Source: Lytechinus pictus (Eukaryota). Taken from it: DNA of 64,000 nucleotides. The position numbers and the translations under genes are program-made. Of the stretch, positions 29,801 through 42,549 are shown in pieces. A model generated the notes under the pieces. That model was not told the DNA's origin. It ran no database searches and worked only from the letters and a program-made list of their open reading frames with translations. The DNA lies in the NCBI RefSeq assembly GCF_037042905.1, contig NC_087245.1:6574001-6638000 (forward strand), written 5' to 3'. Within the stretch, counting starts at the first letter, position 1; every line of letters begins with the position of its first letter.

Positions 29801-32800
29801 ATATCTGACCCCCAATATTCTTACTTTTTATTCCTTTTCACTAACTGGACAATCTATAATAATTTGAGAGTAATACTGTACAAGAAGACAAAAAAATTCA
29901 GGATTGTCACACATATAAAAGGAATGGAGATACATACTTTATAAGTCTTTAATCATATTTTACTTAATTCATTTTGTTCTGTAGTATGGAAGCACTTTGA
30001 AGTTTGGGTGTTTCATGTCAATATCTGGAAATGGCAGTAGATTTTTTATTTGCTCTTTATAAAATGACTAGTAATAATATTCATTAATGTGTTTTTACCA
30101 AAATCTTTCACAGCATGACCATGATAAAAGTATGTTGAACTTTTTATTTCAGTTTCAATCGATGGATCATTTATGATAGCTGGTATATTTTCATCTGATC
30201 TGAATGACCCCTCTACAGTACTATACCAGAATACAACTTCAAGCATTATCGATGGTGTAAGTTGAACAGGATGATACATATTCTTATTTTGAGTAAAATA
30301 GAAAACATTCTAATGAAATCACAGACAGATCACTTGCTCTAAAAACATGATACTTTCTCTTTGGATACAAGTTCAATGGTCATTTAGGGGATACATTCAG
30401 TTAAATATAAGGAGCAGTATCTGCACCTTTCACTATCACATACTGTAAAGCATATTTACTGTCCAAATAATACCTTTAAATGAAATAAATATTTTAAGTA
30501 AAATAGATAATATTCTAATGAAATAACAGAAGAACACTTGCTCTAATGACATTTGAATACTTTAGTTTATGGATATAAGTTCAATGGTCATTTAGGGGAT
30601 ACATTCAGATATATGGAGCACAATATGGTTAGCTACATGTACCTGTTGTTATCACATGCTGTAAAGCATATTTACTGTCCAAATAATACCTTTATGTTTT
30701 GGATTTTTTTGTTTAATAATAATGGTCTCTTAATGATAATGGATCCAATATATTCTCTACAACAGACCTTTGTTAATTTCTACGTTGTTTCTTCAAGGCG
30801 ACTCCTGGATAATGAATAATCTTCATATTGCATGATACATGACTGTGTACATAGTTTTGAATACGAGACTCTTTCTTTTGCATGAAAAATAATCAAGAAA
30901 CTTTTTAACATCTCAGTTTTACGAGAATGGCAAGTTAAAATGTAGGCCTCCTTCTCATAGAGAGTTAGTTCTTTTTTAACCAAACCACTTTAATTCATGT
31001 TTAGAATGCATGCCATGCTGTATAATTATTGAATTATTTAATCTTATTGCAATCTATTCTTTTCAATGACCATATTGTATATTATTAGTTGAGATATTTA
31101 TGTGAAGTGCATAGAGACTTTGTGTATTATGCACTATAAAAATGTAATTTTATTATTATCATTATTATTATTATTAATGACAACATGTTTGGCAATGGTT
31201 AATACTTAAATCTGGTAGGGGTTGGGGTTAAACTCTGAAATAATGAAATATTTTGATTAGTTTGTGTTGAAAGCCAGTTGTCTAGAATTTTTCCATTCCT
31301 CAATAGATTGTGTTTTCAAATTCAATGATGTTCTTTTTTGTAATCACAAGGTTGTGACTGGAATGGATATTTTCTTTAAAAATTAAGTCATTCCTAGTTG
31401 GCTTGTTATGTTATCCTTATGGTATTATTTTCCATGACAGATGGATGCTGTCTTTGAATCACTAGGACCTCTGTATTTTGGAGCAACTGTCACAGGTTTC
31501 AGGTATGTAAACTGTACTGTGGTACATTTAATAAGATACTTAATATGATGTAACCAACCCAAATTACATACATGAAAAAAATATGCTCTCCTTATTAAGA
31601 TTTTGTGCTTCTGGTTCATGGGATAAAATGATGATTTATATGAATATAACTATATCCAGAGATATTATTATTATTTTTTCAAGGAATGGAAGCATCACTA
31701 CGCACTTCCAAGTTCAACTGAATAGTTTGATAGAAAGTAATGACACCAATCCTTTGATGGCTACTCAACAACTGATCAGTGATTCTATCAAGAATGGAGT
31801 AAAGAATGGGGTATTTGGAGACTTGCCTGTCATTAATGGATCTGTTGTTATATATCAAGGTATTCCATCTACCATTGTTAAGTATTTCTCCCCATGGTAC
31901 TGTCTGTTCATATTAAGAATATTTATGACACAATGATTTTCTTTGATTCTCTTACACTTCAATGACACTGTTCCATAACACTTTACTTCTCCTCACAATA
32001 TGTGACCTATAACATCACAAACCGAGTTGTTGTTCCTACTGTAAGACGTCCTACAATTTTTTTTAGTTTAGATAATTTGCGATGCCTAACATGTGCTTTT
32101 ATGTAGATGAAGATTAGTGAATTAGGCCTTTTGAAATAATGTCAGGTATTAAGATCAACTCCAGGTGGGCTTTTCCCAAACAAAATATAACATTTTTTTG
32201 TTTACTTTCTATGAAATCAGACTCAAGCTGTCCCTCAGATGGTGTTCAAACTATTCCTGCCTCGATGCCTTACTACATCATTTCTGAAAACTACCCAATG
32301 GACTATGATAATAACCTGAACTGTTTGTGGCTTCTCCAAGCTGATGCTAACCATTCTTTAGTCATTGACATCCTTGACTTCACATTGGAAAGTGGATATG
32401 ACTATCTCTACATTGGACTTGGTCACAATAAATCAACTAATAACTCTGTTGTCCTTGAGCTAACAGGATCTATGGCTCCTACAAGATACTATCTTGGAAT
32501 GAAGTCATATTTGCAATTTTTATCTGATTCATCTGATTCACGATCTGGGTTCTTATTGAATGTGACATCAATTCCATTTGAATGTAAGTATGAAGAGAGT
32601 CTTTATCTATTTCTACTGGTGATTGTTTTGTAAAATTGTGATTTAAATCTTAGTCTTGTATGAGGTTTCTTTGAAATATAACTTTTAACCTTAATCCTGG
32701 GTATATAATTGCTCCCCTTACGATCTCGGCTGTGGATTGTGTGATCGTGATACAAATTTGCATGAGGGTAGAGAATGATAATGAGAATGGTAGAGAATGA

Positions 32801-35800
32801 TATGATCTATGTGATGGCATACATATGTAGGTGCATTTTATAAAAATTGATATATTTTACTTTACATGAATTAACTATCTTAATTTATTCATAAATTCTT
32901 ATTTTTTGCTCTACTTCACTAAATGTGACCAGATTCCCAATGCTAAAAAGAACTCGCCCAAAGATGAATTTTAAGATTTTCATTGAGTTTGAAAAAGCAG
33001 GTCCTGAGCTTTAAAGTAATATATACTAGTAGCTTGTGATAATTGCTCTACAATTACCTACACAAATAATAGAATGCACGAGAAACTATTAAGAGACAGC
33101 TTTAAAGAAATAAGTGGAAAACAATGTTGAAGTTCGGGTTTCACTCAAGTACTGCAAACTCGGTGAAACTTCTAAGCAATCCACATAAAGTTGTGTCTAA
33201 GATAATCTTGTATCTTGCTTTCCGTTCAACTGTACACTTTCAATTTTGACAGTATTTTGAAGAATAATTTATCTTCCAGATGAGTTTATTTTTTTAATTT
33301 TTGCTTTTTGAAGGCCATATTACTATTTTGGTTATTCACTGAGAACTTTTTTCTGGCAACTTTTTGTTGGTTTTGGGGTAGCTGTTCACAAATATACTCG
33401 TAGAATGCTGATTATCTTTATAGCATTCCTAACAATTGTAAATGAAAAGAATTTTGCTATCAAAATTATTATTATTATTTTTTTTTCTTAGGTCTTTTAT
33501 CGTTTTACTTTTATTTATTTATTTATTTTTTTTTTTTTTTTTTGGGGGGGGCATTATTCATTGGTGACATTACTTCAGCCATAAATAGCATCAAGTTAAT
33601 TGACTGTTATCAATAAAAAAAAAATTAAATCACTCATTTTATAAATATTATCTGAAAACACATATTGCATTGACTTTGTAAGTGAAAACATGATTTTGAG
33701 CAATTTTTGGTCTTACCTGCATGTACATAATATTGTGAATTTTGTAACCACATACCAAGGCATCACTAATTTTGTCTCTTAAGTGTGCAAGACTTGAAAG
33801 TAGAAAGTCAGCTAGAGGCGTGGTTGACAATTTTGTGCAGCTGATTTATTGCAAATAATGGAGGATAAGGGTTAAGAATAGTTTATTATGTCATATTGTC
33901 ATATTTTTCTCCAAAATCCCAATCTCTTTTTACACTCAAATGCCACATTTTACTTCCATACTGTGTCATCAGATTTATGCAACTCCTATAAACTAATTCT
34001 TTAATCTTCAGAGAAAACCTTTCTTCATAGAAAAGAAGATAGATTATTGGGGTTAGAATAGATTATCAAGTAAGTTTGTCACATTTTCTCCTATAATCCC
34101 CATCTTCTTCTTTTTCTTTAAATGCCACATTTTACTCCCATACTGTATCATCAAATTTATGCAACTCCTATAAACTAATCCTTTCATCTTCAGAGAAAAC
34201 CCTTCCCCATAATAACAACTCCACACAATCTCTATACTTGATCCATCCAAATTGATCTTTTCATATTTTTCCAGTAACTGAATCTTGTGATGCAGACCAG
34301 AGAGTTCTGGTAGGATCTAGTTGTGATGGAGTCATAGATTGTTTTGATAAGTCAGATGAACTTGGATGTGGTAAGTCTGTTCCTTAGTTTAAGTATTATT
34401 TTTTATCTGGTTATTAAATACAAAAATAGAAGGTAATGCATAGTGGCAAGAGAATGAATAACTTGGTGGAGAATTTCATTGTAAACTTTTTTTTACTGTG
34501 CCATAGGGTAATGTGTTGGTTAAGAGAAGAATTGAAAATTGGGTTGTACATCCTTTTTAGATGCATTATTCATTGGTTTTGTTATTTACATGTACTTGAT
34601 TACAAATTGTAACTTAGAACAATTGCCCTGCAAAAAAGACAGATTTGTAGCTAAAATGTAGGCTTTCAAATTTTTGTTAAAGGGCAGTGACATTTTACCT
34701 GCGACTCCATTGAAGTTTCATTCTGTTTTTCTCTTATCTTATCTGTGCTAGTCTAAGGAGTTACGTGACCACTATGTTATGTTCCTGTTAGTATATCAAG
34801 TTTATTTCACCAATTTTAGAGAAAAGTGATATTACAAATACTTTAAGGGTTGGTAAATGAACACATTGAACTGACCAACTAATAAAGGTTATATAACATT
34901 GTAAAAAAAGTATCTCATGCTGATTTTTATTTGTTTTCTTGATGCCTCATGTCATTCACTTTGTTAAGAAAATGTTTGTAAGCTCTTGATACTAATAAAG
35001 TACGAAATTGATGTAATTAACATTTTTAAAGCAAATTCACAATTCCCAGTTCTGAAAAGATTTACAGCAAACTGATTCATTGATAGAATTATCACTGGGC
35101 AACAAAGCAAAGTACATGTAGGTACATTTTACAAATTACTTCTGATATTGACTATTGTAATTATTTCTAAGTATTTTTTTTACTTTCTCAGGCTGTCCCT
35201 CAGATGGTGTTCAAACTATTTCCACCTTGATGCCTTACAACATCATGTCTAAAAACTACCCAATGGACTATGATAATAACCTGAACTGTTTGTGGCTTCT
35301 CCAAGCTGATGCTAACCATTCTTTAGTCATTGACATCCTTGACTTCACATTGGAAAGTGGATATGACTATCTCTACATTGGACTTGGTCACAATCAATCA
35401 AATGAGAACTCTGTTGTCCTTGAGCTAACAGGATCTATAACGCCAACTAGATACTATCTTGGAATGAGGTCATATCTTCAATTTGTATCTGATGTTTTGT
35501 TTACACGATCTGGGTTCTCATTGAATGTGACATCCATTCCATTTGAATGTAAGTATGTTATGAGTGTGTGAAGTCTTGCACAAATTTGGAGACCAAATTT
35601 GCGACTTACGAGTATATCATGGTAACGCCATTTGACTTTCCAAAGGACAATGTTAAGCCGAAAATAGCTAATTTTTATACTTTTTGTACAAAGTCTTTGG
35701 GAGATGAAATTCATAAAAGGTGATTATTTTTATTTCTATTTGGACTGCTTCATTAAATTATGATTCGATTTAAATGTGGAATGGGCTGCAAAAATTTCCA

Positions 35801-38800
35801 ATGAAAACAAAAGATAAAAAACAAAGAATTACATAAGAAATGCTAAAAAAAAGGAAAGAAATGTATCAGGGAAAATTCGGTTTTTGCATTTCTTCTTCAT
35901 TGAAAATTTGACATGAAATTACAGAGAGGACATCTAGGAAAAAAATGGAATATGAAGTTAAATTGGCTGTCTAATATCATATGTTTTTCACATTGAATGA
36001 ATTTACATATTTTTTTCCTAATAAAAAAAAGATGATACATGTACTTGTTCATAGTTAATGTGGTAAGGAATATGCGTGCCAAATTTTGGCGCGATTCTGT
36101 GAAGGGCTGGGGGCGGGGATCAGAAGGGAGTTCATTATGGCCCCACCTTGTTCCTCAAAATCATCTTAAACAGCCCAGTCCTTTAACCCAAACGGACTGG
36201 GTTATTTGAGATGTATTGAGGACAGGGGGGCCATCATGCCCCCCCCCCCCCTTTCTGATCTCGGCCGCCGTTCGCGCGATCGCGCCGAAATTTGGCACGC
36301 ACATTCTCTACCAATAAACTACAAGCTAGTATAAAAGAAATTTCTGAAAATAAATGTTTTAATTATTTTGAATAAAATATGTAAATTTATTCATGAAAAA
36401 CATTATTTGCATATTTAACACCCTACTTCACCTCAAATTTTCTTATTTTGCAGATGTTAATTTGTAATTTAATTAAAAGTTTTCCACAAAGAAAAATTGC
36501 GAAAGCCAATTTTGTCCTCATGTATTTCTTTGTTTTTAAAATTTCTTACGTATTTCTTTGTTATTTTTCTTTTGTTTTTCCATTTTTTTTCAATGGAAAT
36601 TATTACAGACCATTTAACAACTAAATTAAACCATAAATTGATTAAGCAGACCAATAATATCATCTCCCATAGGCTTTGTACACAAAGTACAAAAATGAGC
36701 CATTTTGAGCATGACATTGCCTTGTAAAAAGTCATTTGACGTCGCGATGGTATGTACATGTACCTGTATGTCGCAAATTTGGTCTCAAAAGTTGCGCGAG
36801 ACTTCAAAGAAAAAAGTCATACAGTCATTTCGAGGCACTATCTTCTTGCGTTTCAGAAATATCGTGCGAAGCGTTGAGGGCCATCATGCTACTTCTTCGC
36901 CATTTCAAGTCCGATTTCAATTCCGTTTGCTTTACCGGTATATGATAGCACTAGGTGGGGGATTCAAAACTTCTACACAGAATTTTGAAATTCATTAAAT
37001 ATGCTAATTTATGTGCATTTTTCAAAATTCACAAAAAATGTTTCTTCTTTATTTGTTGACCGATTTTGAATTCTTTGCTTCCATCTGGTAGAGCTTCATG
37101 AGGTTCATCAAACTTCTACACAGAATTTTGAAATTTTGACCAGAACAATTTTTATGCTAGTTTATGCGAAATTAATTCATGCATATTTTTAAAAATTCAC
37201 ATAAAATGCTTTTTCTTCTTTAATTGTTGACCGATTTTGATTTTTTCTCTTCCATCTGGTAGAACCTCATGAGGTTCACCAAACTTCTACACCGAATTTT
37301 GAAATTTTGACCAGAACAATTTTTATGCTTATTTATGCGAAATTAATTTATTTATATTTTTAAAAATTCACATGAAATGCTTTTTCTTCTTTAATTGTTG
37401 ACCGATTTTGATTTCTTTTCTTCCATCTGGTAGAACCTCATGAGGTTCCCCAAACTTCATTTATGCTAATTTATTCAGAAATCACAGAAAATGCCTCTTC
37501 TTTATTTGTTGACAGATTTTGATTTTTTTCTTCCATCTGGTAGAACTTCATGAGGTCCACCAAACTTCTACACAGAATTTTGAAATTTTCAGTAGAAAAT
37601 TATATATGCTAATTTACGCGAAATTTATTCATAAATCACAGAAAATGCCTCTTCTTTATTTGTTGACAGATTTTGATTTTTTTTCCTTCCATCTGGTAGA
37701 GCTACATGAAGTTCACCAAACTTGTACACAAAATTTTGAAATTTTGTCTGGAAAATTATTAATGCTAATTTATGCAAAATTTATTCATAAATCACACAAA
37801 CTAATTTTTCTTCTTCATTTGTTGATCAATTTCAATTTTGTTTGCCTTATATAATAGTTCGAGGTGGTGATACAAAATTTTAACACAGAATTTTGAAATT
37901 CATTAAATATGCTAATTTATATTTTCAAAACTCACAAAAATTACTTATTTATTTGTTGATTGATTTTGATTATTTTTGTTCCATCTGAGAGCTACATGAG
38001 GTTCACTAAGGTTCTACACAGAGTTAAGAAATTTTGACTCGAAAGTTATTTATGCTTAATTTATATGAAATTTATTCATAGATCACAAAAATTGCTTCTA
38101 TGTCATTTCTTCATCAATTTCAATTCTATATCCTCAATTATGTCACCAATATAATTCACTACAGTGACAACTGGGCTGAAATTAAAATTGTGTTAAATTT
38201 CGTTGCGAGATGCCGGATGAGCTCCACATCATTGATGTGCTAATTGTTTTTTTTCCAGTAACTGAACCATGTGATGCAGACCAGAGAGTTATTGAAGGAT
38301 CTTATTGTGATGGAGTCATGGATTGTTTTGATAAGTCAGATGAATTTGAATGTGGTAAGTCTTATTATTTTCATATTTCTTAGTTTAGTGTTACTATTTG
38401 AATTAGCATTTTGTATGTAAATAATACATGTAGGTTTATTTATATATTGATGCAAGAGCTTTTTTTAGGGGGAATTTCTGTTTAAATTTTTTTCTCTGTC
38501 TCTAAAAGAGAATTTGTTTGTAAAAAGAAAGGCTGAAAAATATTATATGTGCATTAGAAGAGTGACACGGTTTAGTGCTGTTTTATAAAAGTAGTCCTTT
38601 CTAGCAGTCTCTTTGCTGGACTTTATCTCTTTTATTTCATGAACCCTTACAATCCCTGGTGTTTTTAGTCTTGTCTGTCTGGGGGAGGAGAATTATTCCT
38701 CTCCCCCCCTTAAGATATTGGCCACTGATCGTGCAACCACAAATATGATATAAACTTTTCAATTGATCAAAATTTCACTCAATGTATATGTTTTCTATGA

Positions 38801-41800
38801 ATTGATTATGCTAATTTATGCACAAAATAATACTGGCCATTATTCACTAAATAAAGCTGCTAGAATACTTTTTTTAGTGTGGATATTATTTCTGGCAAAA
38901 TCTTGGTACTAAAATCGATTGTTTTTCATTGTTTTTAATTTCTTCTGTCTATCTTTGTGTTTTTAACTTTTGATTTTTACAATTTTCTCAATGATTTTCC
39001 GTGAGGGCTTGCATGCCTCTGGGCAACAGTGTTGAATTTTAATTTGCGAGCCCTGGCCCATAGAAAATCCTTTGAGTGAGGATGCAAAATGAGTAAAATG
39101 ACCTCACAATTTTGCACGATAAATTTGTAATATGAAAAGCTCATGATTTTTATGATATTTTACTTGTCTACCTCAACTTTTGAGAATTTTTTTTCTCCAA
39201 AGTTATGAAATATTTTGCAAGAACATATTACATGTGAAATTGCTCAAAAGGATGCTCAAGTGGTTATTTTTTTCACCCATCTTTTTGGTTGCTTTCATTT
39301 GCTATTTATTGATTTTCCAGCTTGGATTGGCTGCCAGTATATATTTTATTTAGGTAAAAAAATGTATGTCCTTATTGCCTCACTCATGTTTACCTTTAAT
39401 AATAGTACAACAAAAGTTACTATGTTTCTTTTTCTTCTTCTTCCGGAAACAGTACAGGCCACTGGCTGGTGTATTGTCATACTGCTTGAATGTTAATTAC
39501 TAGAAGATAGATACAAAATTGATTAATTCAGTTGGAAATTCAATTAATTAATGTCGATGCTGAACTGAATGACAGCAAATTAAAGTGATTCATCAACTGA
39601 CATTTTGTTTCTTTTCTTTTGATTATTAGGCACAAGCTGCCCCTCCAACAATAGTATTCAGACTATTCCTTCCTCGATGCCTTACTCCATCATTTCTGAC
39701 AACTACCCTTTTAATTACAACAATAATCTTGAGTGTTTATGGCTTCTCCAAGCTGCTGCTAACCATTCTTTAGTCATTGATGTCTTGGTCTTCACATTGG
39801 AAAGTGGATATGACTATCTCTACATTGGACTTGGTCACAACCAATCAACTAATAACTCTGTTGTCCTTGAGCTTACTGGATCTATAGCCCCAACGAGATA
39901 CTATCTTGGAATGAGGTCATATCTTCAATTTGTATCTGATTCTTCTATTTCACGGTCCGGTTTCTTATTGAAAGTGGCATCCATTACATTAGAATGTAAG
40001 TAGGCAGGGTTGTGTTAAAAATTCAAAGGTACTAAAGATGTAAGAACGAAATAGATCTTGAATAATCGTTATGAAAATAGTGGTAGTTGTAGCATTAGTA
40101 TGGGAAGTACTGCTGTCACTATCATTGTCATAGTATTGGTAATGATAAAGCAGTAGTACATATAGGAGTAGTAATGATAGTTAAAGTAGTGGCGGCAGCA
40201 GTAATACTAGTAGTTGTTAGTAGTAGTAATTATAGTAGTAGTAGTTGTTAGTATACAAATATATCAGGCTTTGAGAAAGTATAGTGGGAAATATTTATCC
40301 GAGGTTGGTCTGGCAATTACTTTTTTTCCCGAGGAAAAATAGTAATATTGCCAGTCCAAACGAGGATTAATAATTTCCCACAATGCTTTCGAAGGAAACG
40401 CCTGATATATTTGTTTTATATCCCTTCTGTAAGTGAGAACTGTTGTGTAATCAATCTGGACCAAAACGTTAGATCGACCTGGCTAAAAAAAAAAAAAGAC
40501 GGTCTAGACCTAGCGCCTGAGCTAATGCTATCCAGCTTTTGGGTAGGCTGCGCGCGGCTTCTACCTGACTCCGGTTAATGAGAGGTCCGCTGAGTTGCGC
40601 TCCTGCTGCTTTTTCACTCAAGTCAAATTGCAACGCGCTGGCCGGCTAACGTTAGTTACGTCGGATCTTAATTGACTCACTTTGTCATGCTTCTCACAAT
40701 TTAATTATCCTGTATGAAGTTGCAGAATATAGCGATCAAAAGATGGCAGTTTCTGCAAGTGCAAGGGCTCTTGATTAGAGCATACCGTTCCAGCGCAGCT
40801 CGCCGAAACTTTCCCGTAGCATGCACGTAGCGCGTGGTACTAGCCAGCTAGCGCGTCGCACAGTTCGCGAATCGAGGGGGGTCGAAAAAAAATGTATAGT
40901 TCATATTTCCCCTAGGGAAAAAATGGACTATGCGTGACGTCAGCAAGGAAAATGAACTATTTAATGGCAAACGTTTTTCGTAGTAAAACTATGCTTTTTC
41001 TTCTTGTGTACACTCTCAATGAGACAATCTTAAAGGGGAATCCAGCCTTGGCCATATAATGTTGTGTTGGGAAGGAGAAAAATAAATTAAACAGAATGGT
41101 GAAAGTTTGAAAGAAATTGGACAAGCAATAAGAAAGTTATAGCTGTTTTTAAATTGAGATCACTAATACTATGTAGATTTCAAATTGGCAACTGGGTAAG
41201 TAAATTATGACAAGGGGCAAGGACAACTTTTCCATAGGCCATGTACTTTATTATCAGGGATTTGTGGTTTTCTCCTAAGTACCCATTCCCGTGGGGCAGT
41301 AATCTAAATATAACCCAGGTAGTATATTGTTTTTTATATCCTACATAGAGTAAATCCTGTATAGTGATTGGTTCAAATAGCATCATGTGACCGAATATAT
41401 TTCAACTATGATGTTGCGTGACGTCAGACCTCGATATATTTTTGGATATACCAATATTCTGACGTCATTATTTCACAAAACTGGATATCTCTGCGCACCG
41501 GCTTGCGCGCTCTCTCTCCCGGGCAAGTCCAGCGCGATGCGTCAGCGCATCTCTGTTCCGCTGAGCGCGGTGGCTCGGAGAAAAGTAGGTAATTCAACGC
41601 AAGTAACAGGACTTTGCATGCTCAACGCATAGATTTTGGTTATGAATTATTAAAAGTAGGATATAAAACAAATATATCAGGCGTTTCATTCGAAAGCATA
41701 GTGGGAATTATTAATCCTCGGTTGGACTGGCAAACCTACTATTTTTCTCGAGGGGTAGTTTTGCCAGTCCAACCGAGGATTAATAATTCCCACTATGCTT

Positions 41801-42454
41801 TCGAATGAAACGCCTGGTATATTTGTTTTATATCCTACTTTTGATAATTTACAACCAAAATCTATGTGTTGAGCTTGCAAAGTCCGGTTACTTGAGTTGA
41901 ATTACCTACTTTTCTCCGAGCCACCGCGCTCAGCGGAACACAGATTAGTGCCTGCGCCGACGCATCGCTGGACTTGCCCGGGAGAGAGAGCGCGCTGGCC
42001 GGTGCGCCCGAGAGTTTAGCTAGATATCCAGTTTTGCGAAATAATGACGTCAGACCTCGATATATCCAAAAATATATCGAGGTCTGACGTCACGCAACGT
42101 CATAGTTGAAATATATTAGGTCACATGATCTACTTGAACCAATCACTATACAGGATTTACTCTATGTAGTCCTTGCCTTACATCACTATGACATCCCATA
42201 TGCGGCCAATTTGAATTGTCTCCATGGGTATAGTGATTACCACTATTTACAACTATTAAAGATTCATAACTTTCTTGTTGTTTATCCAATATTGTTCAAA
42301 CTTTCACCTATCAACTTGTCAAATTTTTCTTTTCCTTATGAAAACAAGTTTTTATTTGGGTTGGATTCCCCTTTAAGTAAGGGATATAATAGTAATGGTA
42401 GTATTAGTAGTTGTTAGTAGTAGTAGCAGTAGCAGTAGTAGTAGTAGTAGTAGT

Positions 42455-42513
<59 letters not shown>

Positions 42514-42516
42514 GAT

Positions 42517-42549
<33 letters not shown>

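Larger units (their letters stand above)
40253..42388. mobile_element. Non-autonomous hairpin-headed element (class uncertain), host of two nested MITEs
   Basis: ~160-bp terminal hairpin 40256-40414; ttatatccct (~40416) is mirrored by agggatataa (~42380); absent from units 1 and 2. Confidence 0.6.
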
